A DNA stretch of 34,736 bases, from NCBI GenBank assembly GCA_035339455.1, contig DAOQII010000001.1:12425-47160 (forward strand). Reading direction: 5' to 3'. The notes beneath the pieces are model-generated. The model worked only from the letters and a program-made list of their open reading frames with translations. It made no database searches and had not been told where the DNA came from. Source of the DNA: Chitinophagales bacterium (GTDB lineage: Bacteria; Bacteroidota; Bacteroidia; Chitinophagales; JADIYW01). Positions within the stretch are counted from its first letter, which is position 1. Each line of letters begins with the position of its first letter. A program made the translations under genes and the position numbers. Below are positions 18,801 through 26,404 of the stretch, in pieces.

Positions 18801-18981
18801 ATTCTATAATATCGGCATTGGCTCCGGTATAGCTGGTGCGTACTGTAATCACAGGCGGATCGATTGACGGATATTCGCGAACGCCTAAAAAGGTATACCC
18901 AATCACACCAAATAAAATAATCATGATATTCAGCACGATGGCAAAAACCGGACGACGTAAACTGACTGAAGGTAATCCCAT
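15892..18981 (-). CDS. RND efflux transporter permease (AcrB/HAE1-like)
   Basis: 1029 aa; N-terminal SLRRPVFAIVLNIMIILFG; 12-TM pattern with two large periplasmic loops; VVDDGIVVTENI motif. Confidence 0.95.
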   Translation of the reverse strand: MGLPSVSLRRPVFAIVLNIMIILFGVIGYTFLGVREYPSIDPPVITVRTSYTGANADIIESQITEPLENAINGVQGIRTISSASNQGTSNITVEFDLSADLETAANDVRDKVSQAMRQLPQDIDAPPVVTKADANSDAIVSMTVQSDTRNILELNDYAVNVLQQRLQTIPGVSTIQIWGQKNYAMRLWFDPQKLSAYQLTPIDVQNAVNKSNVELPSGKISGKNTELNVNALGRLNTELEYNNLILKDVGGQTVRLKDVGYAQLGTDNYETSLREKGVGMVALALVPQPGANYVEIADEFYRRLDKIKKEVPADIQLNIALDNTVFVKNSISEVKETLLISIALVVLIIYLFFRDWIIALRPLLDIPVSLIGAFFIMYIFGFTINVLTLLAIVLATGLVVDDGIVVTENIFKKIEKGMPRMQAAREGSEEIFFAVVSTSITLAIVFLPVIFMQGFVGKLFKEFGIVVSGAVLISAFVSLTLTPVLNVYLGKKVHTHSWFYDKTEPLFKGLDDGYKEWLTSFMKVRGIALVIVLISFGLIYFIGKNLQTELAPLEDRGSLRVQVTAPEGTAYPAMQNYVDNLSQFVTDSVPEEKVVLSVTSPGFAGSGAANSAFMRIRLKDKIERTRSQSDIAQSLNRNFAKFNFGKAFVIEEQTISVGSARMGMPVQFVLQNFDFDKIQQAVPRFMEEVSNSPVFVGADVNLKFNKPEVDITIDKEKAMSLGLTTQDIAQTLQFALSGKRFGYFLRNGKQYQILGQSLYAERNKPDDLKSIFVRNNAGKLISLDNVISISTYSKPPQLYHYNRYKSATISSGLASGKTVGDGIQEMEKIAKKVLDASFTTSLTGASRDFAESSSNTMFALILALVLIYLVLAAQFESFVDPFIIMITVPLALAGALLSLWIFGKTLNIFSQIGMIMLIGLVTKNGILIVEFANHNRRLGMSKIDAAIYAASMRLRPILMTSLAMALGALPIAMALGAGSTSRTSLGIVIIGGIMFSLILTLFVVPALYVFFSRTKSEQKEEALQANTIE

Positions 18982-18990
18982 ATACTGATT

Positions 18991-20085
18991 TTATTGTATG
19001 GTAGATTTTTGAGTAGTTTTAGTAATCTTTACAGGCATGCCGGGTTTCACTTGCAACAATCCGGTAGTCAGCAGCGTATCACCTGGTTTTAAACCACTTA
19101 AAATTTGCACTTCGCTGGCTGTTCTCAAGCCCGCCTCCACATTTACAAACTTAGCTTTACTGCTATCGGCTACAACAACCTTTGTTGCCCTATCATCTGG
19201 AATAATACAATTACTGGGTATCATAATGGCTTGTGCTATATCTTTCAATTTTAGCATCACTTTCACATATGTGCCCGGTAATAATTGTGCATCAGGGTTT
19301 AAAATTGCAGCTCTCACTTTGAGGTTGCGGGTAGCTTCATCAATTTGTGGCTCAAAGGCATATACTTTCGCTAGAAATGGTTTTAGTATACCTGCCACAT
19401 TACATTCCATCACATCTCCCTGATGAATACTCATTGCGTATTGTTCGGGCATTGTAATATCCATCTTGAGCTGTTGTAAATTTTGCAGCGTAGCAACTAC
19501 CGTCTGCGGTGAAACATAGGCTCCCAAGCTGATATTGCGCAAGCCTAATTTTCCGGAAAAAGGAGCTCTGAGTTCAGTTTTTGCAATTTGTACTTTTAAG
19601 ATTTCGATATCGGCATTGATGTTGTTGACCAAATTATCTGCCACATCATACTCTGCTTGCGAAACGCCGTTTATTTTCAGTAATTCTCCAAGCCTTTTCA
19701 AGTTTGTTTCAGCAATTTTCAGTTGCGCTTTTGATTTCTGAACTTGTGCTTTCAAGTCAGCATCATTAATTTTCATCAGCAAAGTACCTTTACCGACAAA
19801 TGCCCCTTCTTTGATATTGAGATAAACAACCCTGCCTGAAACCTCCGGTTGTAAGCTTACTTCTTCAGCGGCGAGCACCGTTCCATTGGCACTGAGTTCA
19901 TTGGTTAGTTTTGCATACTCAACTACAAATCCGGATGCGAATACTGTTTTGCTGCCACCCTTATCTTTGCCTCCTTTGGGCATTTCTTTGGCAGCGGCCT
20001 CTTTATTCTTTGTATGTTTTACATACGCCAAGATGGCAATTATTGCCAAAATACAGCTGAAAAATATGATTTTACCTTTAGTCAT
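18991..20085 (-). CDS. RND efflux periplasmic adaptor (MFP)
   Basis: N-terminal anchor, coiled-coil hairpin (DLKAQVQKSKAQLKIAETNLKRL) and a beta-barrel region (LRAPFSGKLG). Confidence 0.9.
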   Translation of the reverse strand: MTKGKIIFFSCILAIIAILAYVKHTKNKEAAAKEMPKGGKDKGGSKTVFASGFVVEYAKLTNELSANGTVLAAEEVSLQPEVSGRVVYLNIKEGAFVGKGTLLMKINDADLKAQVQKSKAQLKIAETNLKRLGELLKINGVSQAEYDVADNLVNNINADIEILKVQIAKTELRAPFSGKLGLRNISLGAYVSPQTVVATLQNLQQLKMDITMPEQYAMSIHQGDVMECNVAGILKPFLAKVYAFEPQIDEATRNLKVRAAILNPDAQLLPGTYVKVMLKLKDIAQAIMIPSNCIIPDDRATKVVVADSSKAKFVNVEAGLRTASEVQILSGLKPGDTLLTTGLLQVKPGMPVKITKTTQKSTIQ

Positions 20086-20699
20086 GGTTGTTTACTTATC
20101 TTGATGGAATGTATAAATCGTTTTAACGCATTTTTAAAAGTATCTTCGGCATGTTCTTTTCCGGATCTTATTTTTCCTACCATTTGTAAGGAAATAAATC
20201 CGTGAATAATGGCAATAATATTATCACAAAATTCAATCATTAGTTTTTCAGATTTTTTTGCATCTCGATTTAATTCTGAAAAAGCTGATTTATAAAAATC
20301 AATAACGGTATTATATGTAGGTTTATCAGTTCCTATATCAATGCAAAGTGCACCTTGCAAGTTAAACATTACCTGATACAACTCCGGATTGGTTTGTGCA
20401 AAATGCCACCATGCCAATCCATACTTTAACAATCGTTTGTCCGGCTTTTCGTATTTTTTATCTATCTCTTCAAATATTTCATACATGCTGGTCATTGCCT
20501 CTATACGAATAGCACATAAAATCATCTCTTTGTTTTCGAAATGCTGATAGATTACCGGAGCGGTATAATGTATCTTATCACAGATTTTTCTGATGGTCAC
20601 ATTTTGCCAACCTTCACTGGCTGCTATTTCTTTGGCCTCCCTAAGAATCATTCTTTTCAGAGAATTCCTTTTATCTTCTTGTCTTCGTTTTGCTTGCAT
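20082..20699 (-). CDS. TetR-family transcriptional regulator, first gene of the efflux operon
   Basis: HTH region NVTIRKICDKIHYTAPVIYQHFENKEMIL. The stop overlaps the MFP start (ATGA). ATG 20699 is preferred because the ORF-track TTG at 20726 is the TTG of a -7 box. Confidence 0.85.
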   Translation of the reverse strand: MQAKRRQEDKRNSLKRMILREAKEIAASEGWQNVTIRKICDKIHYTAPVIYQHFENKEMILCAIRIEAMTSMYEIFEEIDKKYEKPDKRLLKYGLAWWHFAQTNPELYQVMFNLQGALCIDIGTDKPTYNTVIDFYKSAFSELNRDAKKSEKLMIEFCDNIIAIIHGFISLQMVGKIRSGKEHAEDTFKNALKRFIHSIKISKQP

Positions 20700-20701
20700 A
20701 C

Positions 20702-20723
20702 TTAACTTAGTTAGCTTAGTTAA
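20702..20723 (-). promoter_or_regulatory. candidate TetR operator
   Basis: Minus strand TTAACTAAG-CTAA-CTAAGTTAA has 9-nt inverted arms with one mismatch (18/22 self-complementary). It can also be read as the direct repeat AACTAAG-C-TAACTAAG. It lies between the -7 box and the ATG. Confidence 0.4.
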
Positions 20724-20731
20724 CAAAGTTA
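20724..20731 (-). promoter_or_regulatory. -7 box TAACTTTG for the tetR-efflux operon
   Basis: Exact TAnnTTTG, 24 nt upstream of ATG 20699. Confidence 0.45.
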
Positions 20732-21134
20732 TAAAATATTCTTTAAATATTATGCATCACTGATATTATCTTAATCTGTTGTACAGTTTGATTTATAGTT
20801 TTTGCCATATAGAAGTATGGATTTATTTTAGAATTAAAAAGGTTTACTTTACAAAAATTGAGAAAAGAATAGAAAAATACAGGGATTACCAAAGTCGATA
20901 ATCTATTTTTGCATGACGATTTATACGAATTTCACTAAACAGCGATTTATGATTAAAAATGCTATGTTTCTAGATGGTTTATACTGCACAACGAGTTATC
21001 TTACTTACCTAAGTATTTAGTATATCAAAATTATTCTATAGTTATCCACATTGATATACGTCAATTTTATTAAGATAAATTCATCTATTTAAAAATAATT
21101 TTTTATTTTTAATCATTGTTTATACAAATTTTAC

Positions 21135-21142
21135 TATCTTTG
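21135..21142 (+). promoter_or_regulatory. -7 box TATCTTTG
   Basis: Exact TAnnTTTG. The 12-mer TTACTATCTTTG (21131-21142) is identical to the -7 region of the L31 gene (34522-34533, minus strand). Confidence 0.5.
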
Positions 21143-21146
21143 TAAA

Positions 21147-21202
21147 GCAAACGCTAAACTAAACTACAAAAGGAGGGGTTCTGAAAAGAACCCTTTTGTT
21201 TT
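21147..21202 (+). ncRNA. candidate ~55-nt small RNA or terminator-containing 5' leader
   Basis: Runs from the predicted TSS just after the -7 box to an intrinsic terminator. No ORF. Contains AAAGGAGG at 21169-21176. Boundaries are inferred, not measured. Confidence 0.3.
21176..21202 (+). terminator. intrinsic terminator / attenuator hairpin
   Basis: GGGTTCT-GAAA-AGAACCC (7-bp stem, GNRA-type loop) followed by TTTTGTTTT. It lies 56 nt upstream of ATG 21258. Confidence 0.6.
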
Positions 21203-21257
21203 AAAAATCACTTGAATTGGGTAGCTTTTATCATTTTCTGTTGCTTAATTTCATCCC

Positions 21258-22001
21258 ATGCAAGTATCTATTTTTGTATGGATTTGGATAGCAATCGCTG
21301 TACTGATTTTTCCCATACAGCTTTTTATTACCGCGCCTTATGGTCGGCATACCAAAAAATCATGGGGCCCTATGATTTCTAACAAAGTCGGATGGTTTAT
21401 GATGGAAGCATGGGCACCTGTTTGGTTTGTTATTGTTTATTTATTACATCCTTCTTATCAGTTTTACAATTTATTATTTGCCAGTCTTTATCTGCTTCAT
21501 TATATCAACCGGGGATTTATTTATCCATTTCGTACAAATACAAAGGGCAAGCAAATGCCACTGGTTATTGCCATGTCTGCCATGCTTTTCAATTCTGTAA
21601 ATGCCGGCACAATTGCATATTATTTATCGCGTGTAAGTGTTTATCCGGATAATTATTGGCAATCATGGCATTTTATTGCCGGCGTTTTCTTGTTTATACT
21701 TGGATTTGTAATCAACCTAAAAGCTGATGACATGCTGATTCATCTGCGCAAGCCCGATGAAACGGGATACAAAATTCCGCGTGGTTTTTTGTTTGAGTAT
21801 ATCTCCTGTCCCAATCATTTTGGTGAAATAATAGAGTGGCTGGGTTATTTTTTAATGAGTTGGAATTTGGCTTCATTATCCTTTTTTATCTGGACATTTT
21901 CCAATCTTTTTCCCCGAGCACTCAAGCATCACCAGTGGTATAAAGCCCACTTTGAGGACTATCCGAGTGAGAGAAAAGCCGTATTGCCAGGAGTGGTTTA
22001 A
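21258..22001 (+). CDS. 3-oxo-5-alpha-steroid 4-dehydrogenase (steroid 5-alpha-reductase) family membrane protein
   Basis: TAPYGRH near the N-terminus and C-terminal FEYISCPNHFGEIIEWLGY, typical of the family; multiple TM segments. Confidence 0.8.
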   Translation: MQVSIFVWIWIAIAVLIFPIQLFITAPYGRHTKKSWGPMISNKVGWFMMEAWAPVWFVIVYLLHPSYQFYNLLFASLYLLHYINRGFIYPFRTNTKGKQMPLVIAMSAMLFNSVNAGTIAYYLSRVSVYPDNYWQSWHFIAGVFLFILGFVINLKADDMLIHLRKPDETGYKIPRGFLFEYISCPNHFGEIIEWLGYFLMSWNLASLSFFIWTFSNLFPRALKHHQWYKAHFEDYPSERKAVLPGVV

Positions 22002-22005
22002 AGAA

Positions 22006-22584
22006 TTATAAATTGGTCGGAAAATAAATATGGTTGGATGTGCTGGATAATATCCGCCCATCAGACAAATGAAGTTTAAATAAAAACCGAAGCGGTTTAT
22101 ATTCGATATTGGTGTAATCAGTAAATAGCCGACTCGGGAAGAAGGATATATTGCTGATATAATCCTCATTAATGGATATTGGATAAGAAAGTTGGATATA
22201 TGAAGACAAGTCTGTTTCGGTTGTAATTGTTGTTGATATATCCTGACTCGGATAGATTTCAATTTGCCTTATTTTATCAACAGAGTAATTACTTGGAGGA
22301 CTACAGGCAAATGCAGTTGAAATCAATCCCTGATAAGGATTAGATTTATTTGATACATAATAATAATGAACTGGATTAATTTTAAAGTACATGGCATTTA
22401 ATATAGTAGCCGTATCTAATTTTGTAGTGTCAAAAGACAAGTTTGTTGTTGCATAAGATGTAACTCCAAATTCTGTAACCTTAAATGTTTTTACATCAAA
22501 AGGACCACATTTTATACATGCAGTAAACTGACTAGCTATTATTAAAACCACTACACTCGATGCAATGTATATTAGTTTCCTCAT
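22006..22584 (-). CDS. hypothetical lipoprotein
   Basis: Signal peptide with lipobox (VVLIIASQFTAC). Convergent with the previous gene, with a 4-nt gap. No family recognised. Confidence 0.6.
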   Translation of the reverse strand: MRKLIYIASSVVVLIIASQFTACIKCGPFDVKTFKVTEFGVTSYATTNLSFDTTKLDTATILNAMYFKINPVHYYYVSNKSNPYQGLISTAFACSPPSNYSVDKIRQIEIYPSQDISTTITTETDLSSYIQLSYPISINEDYISNISFFPSRLFTDYTNIEYKPLRFLFKLHLSDGRILSSTSNHIYFPTNL

Positions 22585-22609
22585 AAGATATAAATTTATT
22601 GATGCTAAT

Positions 22610-24412
22610 TTAAATAATATTTTTCAAAACCTCATCTACCCTCTCTTCTACTTCTGCATTTTTCTCTAATACTGGGGCATGATGCGGTTTAATACGGGCA
22701 TCAAAAATAAGGGCATCGCAGCTCCAGTGTTTGTTTTCAAACCGCTCGTTAATGCCATGTATATCATGCGATGGGTTGCAACGTGTAAATGTAACCCATA
22801 GAAAATTATTGAAATCTGCTGCCAGGAAATCGGCATCATCGCATACCACTATAAGTGGCAGTCCACTGTCCTCTGTCCACTGTCCTCTGTTTTGATTGAT
22901 AATAGTACCAACTGTCGACTGTCGACTGTCGACTGTCAACTCAACTGCTAAAATTCCTTTCGAAACCAGCTTAGGGTTTTTAAATAAATTCGGCAATAAA
23001 AAATCGTTAGGTAATTCATCCAATAAATCTCTTTTCTTTTCTCCACAAGCAGCAATTATCACTTTGCTTCCCGTATTCAAGCCATCGCCACTATAATCGA
23101 GTGTATCTATCGTTGTTTTGGTCTGAAAATGTATATCTCTCGATAAATCTATCCGTTCTAAAACATGTTGAAAGAACTTTTTTTCATCGTGCGTGGTCAA
23201 TGTTTCATCATCACTTTTATCCGCAATAAATAAAAATTTGGCTAACGACAATTGCCCGGTTCCTAAAATATGATTGGCTATCGTCAGGATTTCCTGCGGT
23301 CGTTTTTCGGTATAATAAGGCGTATAGCGTTCGCTACCAATTGCCAGCAACAAGGGGTGTACTCCTGCGGCATCAACGGCATGTACTTCATGCACACCCG
23401 GAATTTCTTTTGCTATGGCATCACCTGTCATTTCGTGTATCATGTTGCCAAAGGCTGTATCTTCTTGCGGTGGTCTGCCTACAACGGTAAAACTCCAAAC
23501 AGCATTTTTTTTGGCATATACATTTTTGACACGCATCACCGGAAAATCATGCTTAAGTGAATAATATCCCAGATGATCGCCAAATGGACCTTCGGGTTTA
23601 TTGTCATTTGGATATACTTCTCCCGTAATCACAAAATCGGCATCCGTACTTAAACAAAATCCTTCTTCATCATACATATACCTGAACCGTCGTCCGCCTA
23701 ATATGCCGGCAAATGTCAATTCTGAGATGCCTTCCGGCAAAGGCATCACCGCTGCGAATGTATGCGATGGCGGACCACCCACAAACACAGACACCTTCAT
23801 CGGTTTGCCCAATTTATTCCATTTGGTTTGATGTACGCCTATACCTCTATGTAATTGATAATGTAAACCAACCTCCTTATCTTGTACATACTCATTTCCC
23901 GAAAGTTGTATGCGATACATGCCTAAATTTGACTGCATCACACCCGGGCTATCTGCATCTTCTGAATATACTATGGGCAAAGTAACAAAAGCCCCGCCAT
24001 CATTTTCCCAACATTGAATTTGGGGTAAATCGGAAATTTTAATTTTCTCAAAAGGATGAGATTTTACCTTTTTAGGTAAGGCATTAATGGCTTTAAATGC
24101 TAACCTCAATGCTTTAAGAGGTTTTTTTAGTGCATTAAGCGGGTTGGTTTTTAATTCAATTAATTCCTGTACGTCTTGTAAGGTGTCTCTAAAAATAAAC
24201 TGACTGCGGGCTGTGGTACCAAATAAATTGGATACCGCTTTGTATTTGCAGCCTTTGATATTTTCGTACAAAATGGCTTTTCCTTTGGCTTCATGAATAC
24301 GCAAATGAATGGCTGCCATTTCTAAATAAGGGTCAACTTCTTCTTTTATGCGGATAAGCTGTCCGCTTTTTTCTAAATCGTCTATGCATTGCTGTAAAGA
24401 TGAGTATGCCAT
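22610..24412 (-). CDS. UbiD-family (prenyl-FMN-type) decarboxylase
   Basis: SLQQCIDDLEKSGQLIRIKEEVDP at the N-terminus, GPFGDHLGYY, and FTRCNPSHDIHG near the C-terminus. Start set to ATG 24412 (MAYSSLQQ); the 30-aa upstream extension in the ORF track looks non-coding. Confidence 0.9.
   Translation of the reverse strand: MAYSSLQQCIDDLEKSGQLIRIKEEVDPYLEMAAIHLRIHEAKGKAILYENIKGCKYKAVSNLFGTTARSQFIFRDTLQDVQELIELKTNPLNALKKPLKALRLAFKAINALPKKVKSHPFEKIKISDLPQIQCWENDGGAFVTLPIVYSEDADSPGVMQSNLGMYRIQLSGNEYVQDKEVGLHYQLHRGIGVHQTKWNKLGKPMKVSVFVGGPPSHTFAAVMPLPEGISELTFAGILGGRRFRYMYDEEGFCLSTDADFVITGEVYPNDNKPEGPFGDHLGYYSLKHDFPVMRVKNVYAKKNAVWSFTVVGRPPQEDTAFGNMIHEMTGDAIAKEIPGVHEVHAVDAAGVHPLLLAIGSERYTPYYTEKRPQEILTIANHILGTGQLSLAKFLFIADKSDDETLTTHDEKKFFQHVLERIDLSRDIHFQTKTTIDTLDYSGDGLNTGSKVIIAACGEKKRDLLDELPNDFLLPNLFKNPKLVSKGILAVELTVDSRQSTVGTIINQNRGQWTEDSGLPLIVVCDDADFLAADFNNFLWVTFTRCNPSHDIHGINERFENKHWSCDALIFDARIKPHHAPVLEKNAEVEERVDEVLKNII
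22861..22945. repeat. heptanucleotide arrays embedded in frame in the UbiD-family CDS
   Basis: GTCCACT GTCCTCT GTCCACT GTCCTCT at 22861-22888, a 22-nt spacer, then ACTGTCG x3 followed by ACTGTCA and ACTCAAC at 22911-22945. GTCCACTG is the reverse complement of CAGTGGAC at 8147-8154. Confidence 0.85.
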
Positions 24413-24542
24413 TATAAAAATTAAACAGATAAAATTACAGATTTTAAGCCTATTTGTGATGAAAAACTTAAAAGCCATAACGTACAATGTTAAATAAATC
24501 ATATTTATAATGGATTTAACAAATGAATATTATAATACTTTG

Positions 24543-24550
24543 TAAATTTG
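24543..24550 (+). promoter_or_regulatory. -7 box TAAATTTG
   Basis: Reads TAAATTTG-AAAATT-ATG, 6 nt from ATG 24557. The ORF-track TTG start at 24548 is the TTG of this box. Confidence 0.4.
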
Positions 24551-24556
24551 AAAATT

Positions 24557-25288
24557 ATGAAGTGGGCATTTTTCTCATGGCTAATTTTATCAAACATAAT
24601 TTCTGAAAGTACAAGCATCTTAAATACTGAAGTTTATGTGCCAATGAATTCTTCTGACGCCGGAATTATCTATGCTCAGGATTACTACACTTATTATTTT
24701 GCATATAAAAATATTGGCAACGAGCCATTGATTATCTGTCATGTTAGTGGATCAAGCGGATGTGTATGTCCTACTTATTCAAAAGAACCCATAATGCCCG
24801 GAAATTGGGATACTCTACGTGTAACATATTCTGCACAATATACAGGCAGATTTCATAAAACAGTAACTGTATGTTGGAATACGAAAGAAGCTTTAAGTAT
24901 CTTTAATATATCCGGCGAAGTGAGAACACTTCCTGATAAGTTGTTTATTTATGATAGTGTTCATCATAAATATGCCATCTTTGACAGTATAGATTATAGG
25001 GTCATAAAGTTTATGGGTCAAAATTGTTATACTATTACGAACATGGATTCTATTTCACACCAATTTTCAATTGATAAATACCATGGATTAGAATATGTGA
25101 ATTCAGGTTGGATTTTTCCGTCAGGATATACTTGTTATTTTCATCAAAATGAGCATATTCTCTATTCTAGTGAGCTTCGTTCCGGCAAGAGTATTAATTT
25201 ACATTTTATAAGAAAAGAAGAGTTCATTCATGAGATTGAATTATTAATGGATGGAACATATTATATTAGAATAAAGATTGACTACTAA
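24557..25288 (+). CDS. DUF1573-like secreted protein
   Basis: Hydrophobic N-terminus. FAYKNIGNEPLIICHVSGSSGCVCPTYSKEPIMPGNWDTLRVTY...GRFHKTVTV fits the DUF1573 pattern (N-x-G...PL-I...CGC...PG...G-x-F-x-K). Confidence 0.65.
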   Translation: MKWAFFSWLILSNIISESTSILNTEVYVPMNSSDAGIIYAQDYYTYYFAYKNIGNEPLIICHVSGSSGCVCPTYSKEPIMPGNWDTLRVTYSAQYTGRFHKTVTVCWNTKEALSIFNISGEVRTLPDKLFIYDSVHHKYAIFDSIDYRVIKFMGQNCYTITNMDSISHQFSIDKYHGLEYVNSGWIFPSGYTCYFHQNEHILYSSELRSGKSINLHFIRKEEFIHEIELLMDGTYYIRIKIDY

Positions 25289-25308
25289 GCGCATGGTTCA
25301 AATTTTTG

Positions 25309-25316
25309 TAATTTTG
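25309..25316 (+). promoter_or_regulatory. -7 box TAATTTTG abutting the pyrD start
   Basis: Reads TAATTTTG-CAAC-ATG. Confidence 0.4.
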
Positions 25317-25320
25317 CAAC

Positions 25321-26382
25321 ATGTATTCCCTTATTCGTTTCTTTTTGTTTAAAATGGATGCTGAAAAAGCCCATCACCTTACTTTGAAAATAATGGCATT
25401 TGCAATTAAAATTCTGGGAATAAGAATGCTGTTGAATAAGTTATTTGCATTAGATGACAAACGCCTGGAACGTACTGTTTTTGGCATTACGTTTAAAAAC
25501 CCTGTAGGATTGGCTGCCGGACTGGATAAAAATGCGCAATGTATTGATGCTCTTTCCGCACTGGGATTTGGGCATATTGAAATAGGAACGGTTACCCCTT
25601 TAGCTCAGCCGGGCAATGATCAACCTCGTTTGTTCCGCATTATTCCCGATGAGGCTATCATCAACAGAATGGGATTTAATAATGAAGGTATACAGACAGT
25701 TGGCAGTAATATCATAAGCAGCAAGCAGTTCAAGCAGAAAAATAAAGAAGGAAATTCGAGAACTATTATAGGTGGTAATATCGGCAAAAACAAAATAACG
25801 CCTAATGAAAATGCTGTAGATGATTATCTGAAATGTTTTGAGGCACTTTATGAGTATGTCGATTATTTCGTGGTGAATGTAAGCTCGCCCAATACTCCTG
25901 ATTTGCGGGCGCTTCAGGAGAAAGAGCCTTTGAAAAAAATCTTGTTTTCTTTGCAAGAAAAAAATAATCAGCAAGTAAAACGCAAGCCTGTTTTATTAAA
26001 AATTGCACCTGATTTGTCAAACGAGCAGTTGGACGATATCTTAGAAGTAGTAGCTGACACGAAAACAGACGGCATTATTGCCACTAATACTACTTTATCT
26101 CGAACCGGGTTGAGTATTTCTGCTGATGAAATTACTGCAATAGGAGCAGGTGGATTAAGTGGCAAACCGCTTACGCAAAAATCTACAGCAATCATTCGCT
26201 ATTTAGCAAAAAAAACAAAAGGGGAATTACCCATTATTGCAGTAGGTGGCATCATGACGGCACAGGATGCCCTCGATAAACTTGAAGCCGGAGCTTGTTT
26301 GGTTCAACTTTATTCTGGTTTTATTTATGAAGGCCCACGCCTAATTAAGCAGATAAACAAAAAAATCCTGCTTTCAAAATAA
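25321..26382 (+). CDS. pyrD: dihydroorotate dehydrogenase (quinone), class 2
   Basis: N-terminal membrane-association helix plus [42 protein letters not shown]. Confidence 0.95.
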   Translation: MYSLIRFFLFKMDAEKAHHLTLKIMAFAIKILGIRMLLNKLFALDDKRLERTVFGITFKNPVGLAAGLDKNAQCIDALSALGFGHIEIGTVTPLAQPGNDQPRLFRIIPDEAIINRMGFNNEGIQTVGSNIISSKQFKQKNKEGNSRTIIGGNIGKNKITPNENAVDDYLKCFEALYEYVDYFVVNVSSPNTPDLRALQEKEPLKKILFSLQEKNNQQVKRKPVLLKIAPDLSNEQLDDILEVVADTKTDGIIATNTTLSRTGLSISADEITAIGAGGLSGKPLTQKSTAIIRYLAKKTKGELPIIAVGGIMTAQDALDKLEAGACLVQLYSGFIYEGPRLIKQINKKILLSK

Positions 26383-26404
26383 GCATTATTTCATTTTCCA
26401 TCTT

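Noticed and set aside
20913-21020. 35-codon ORF (MTIYTNFTKQRFMIKNAMFLDGLYCTTSYLTYLSI) in the 530-bp tetR/reductase spacer
   Set aside because: There is no -7 box or SD in front of it, it is short, and AT-rich DNA yields such ORFs by chance. It cannot be supported without conservation or expression data.
21876-22262. 128-aa minus-strand ORF bridging the end of the reductase-like gene and the lipoprotein gene
   Set aside because: It overlaps two better-supported CDS in other frames, and the sequence has no recognisable features.
24413-24502. N-terminal extensions offered by the ORF track. This one adds 30 aa on the UbiD-like gene; others lie at 34185-34208, 20700-20726, 2730-2759, 12251-12271 and 24548-24556.
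   Set aside because: The extensions run through terminator hairpins or -7 boxes, start at TTG (20726, 12251, 24548), or add non-conserved hydrophobic junk ahead of a Met that matches the family N-terminus.
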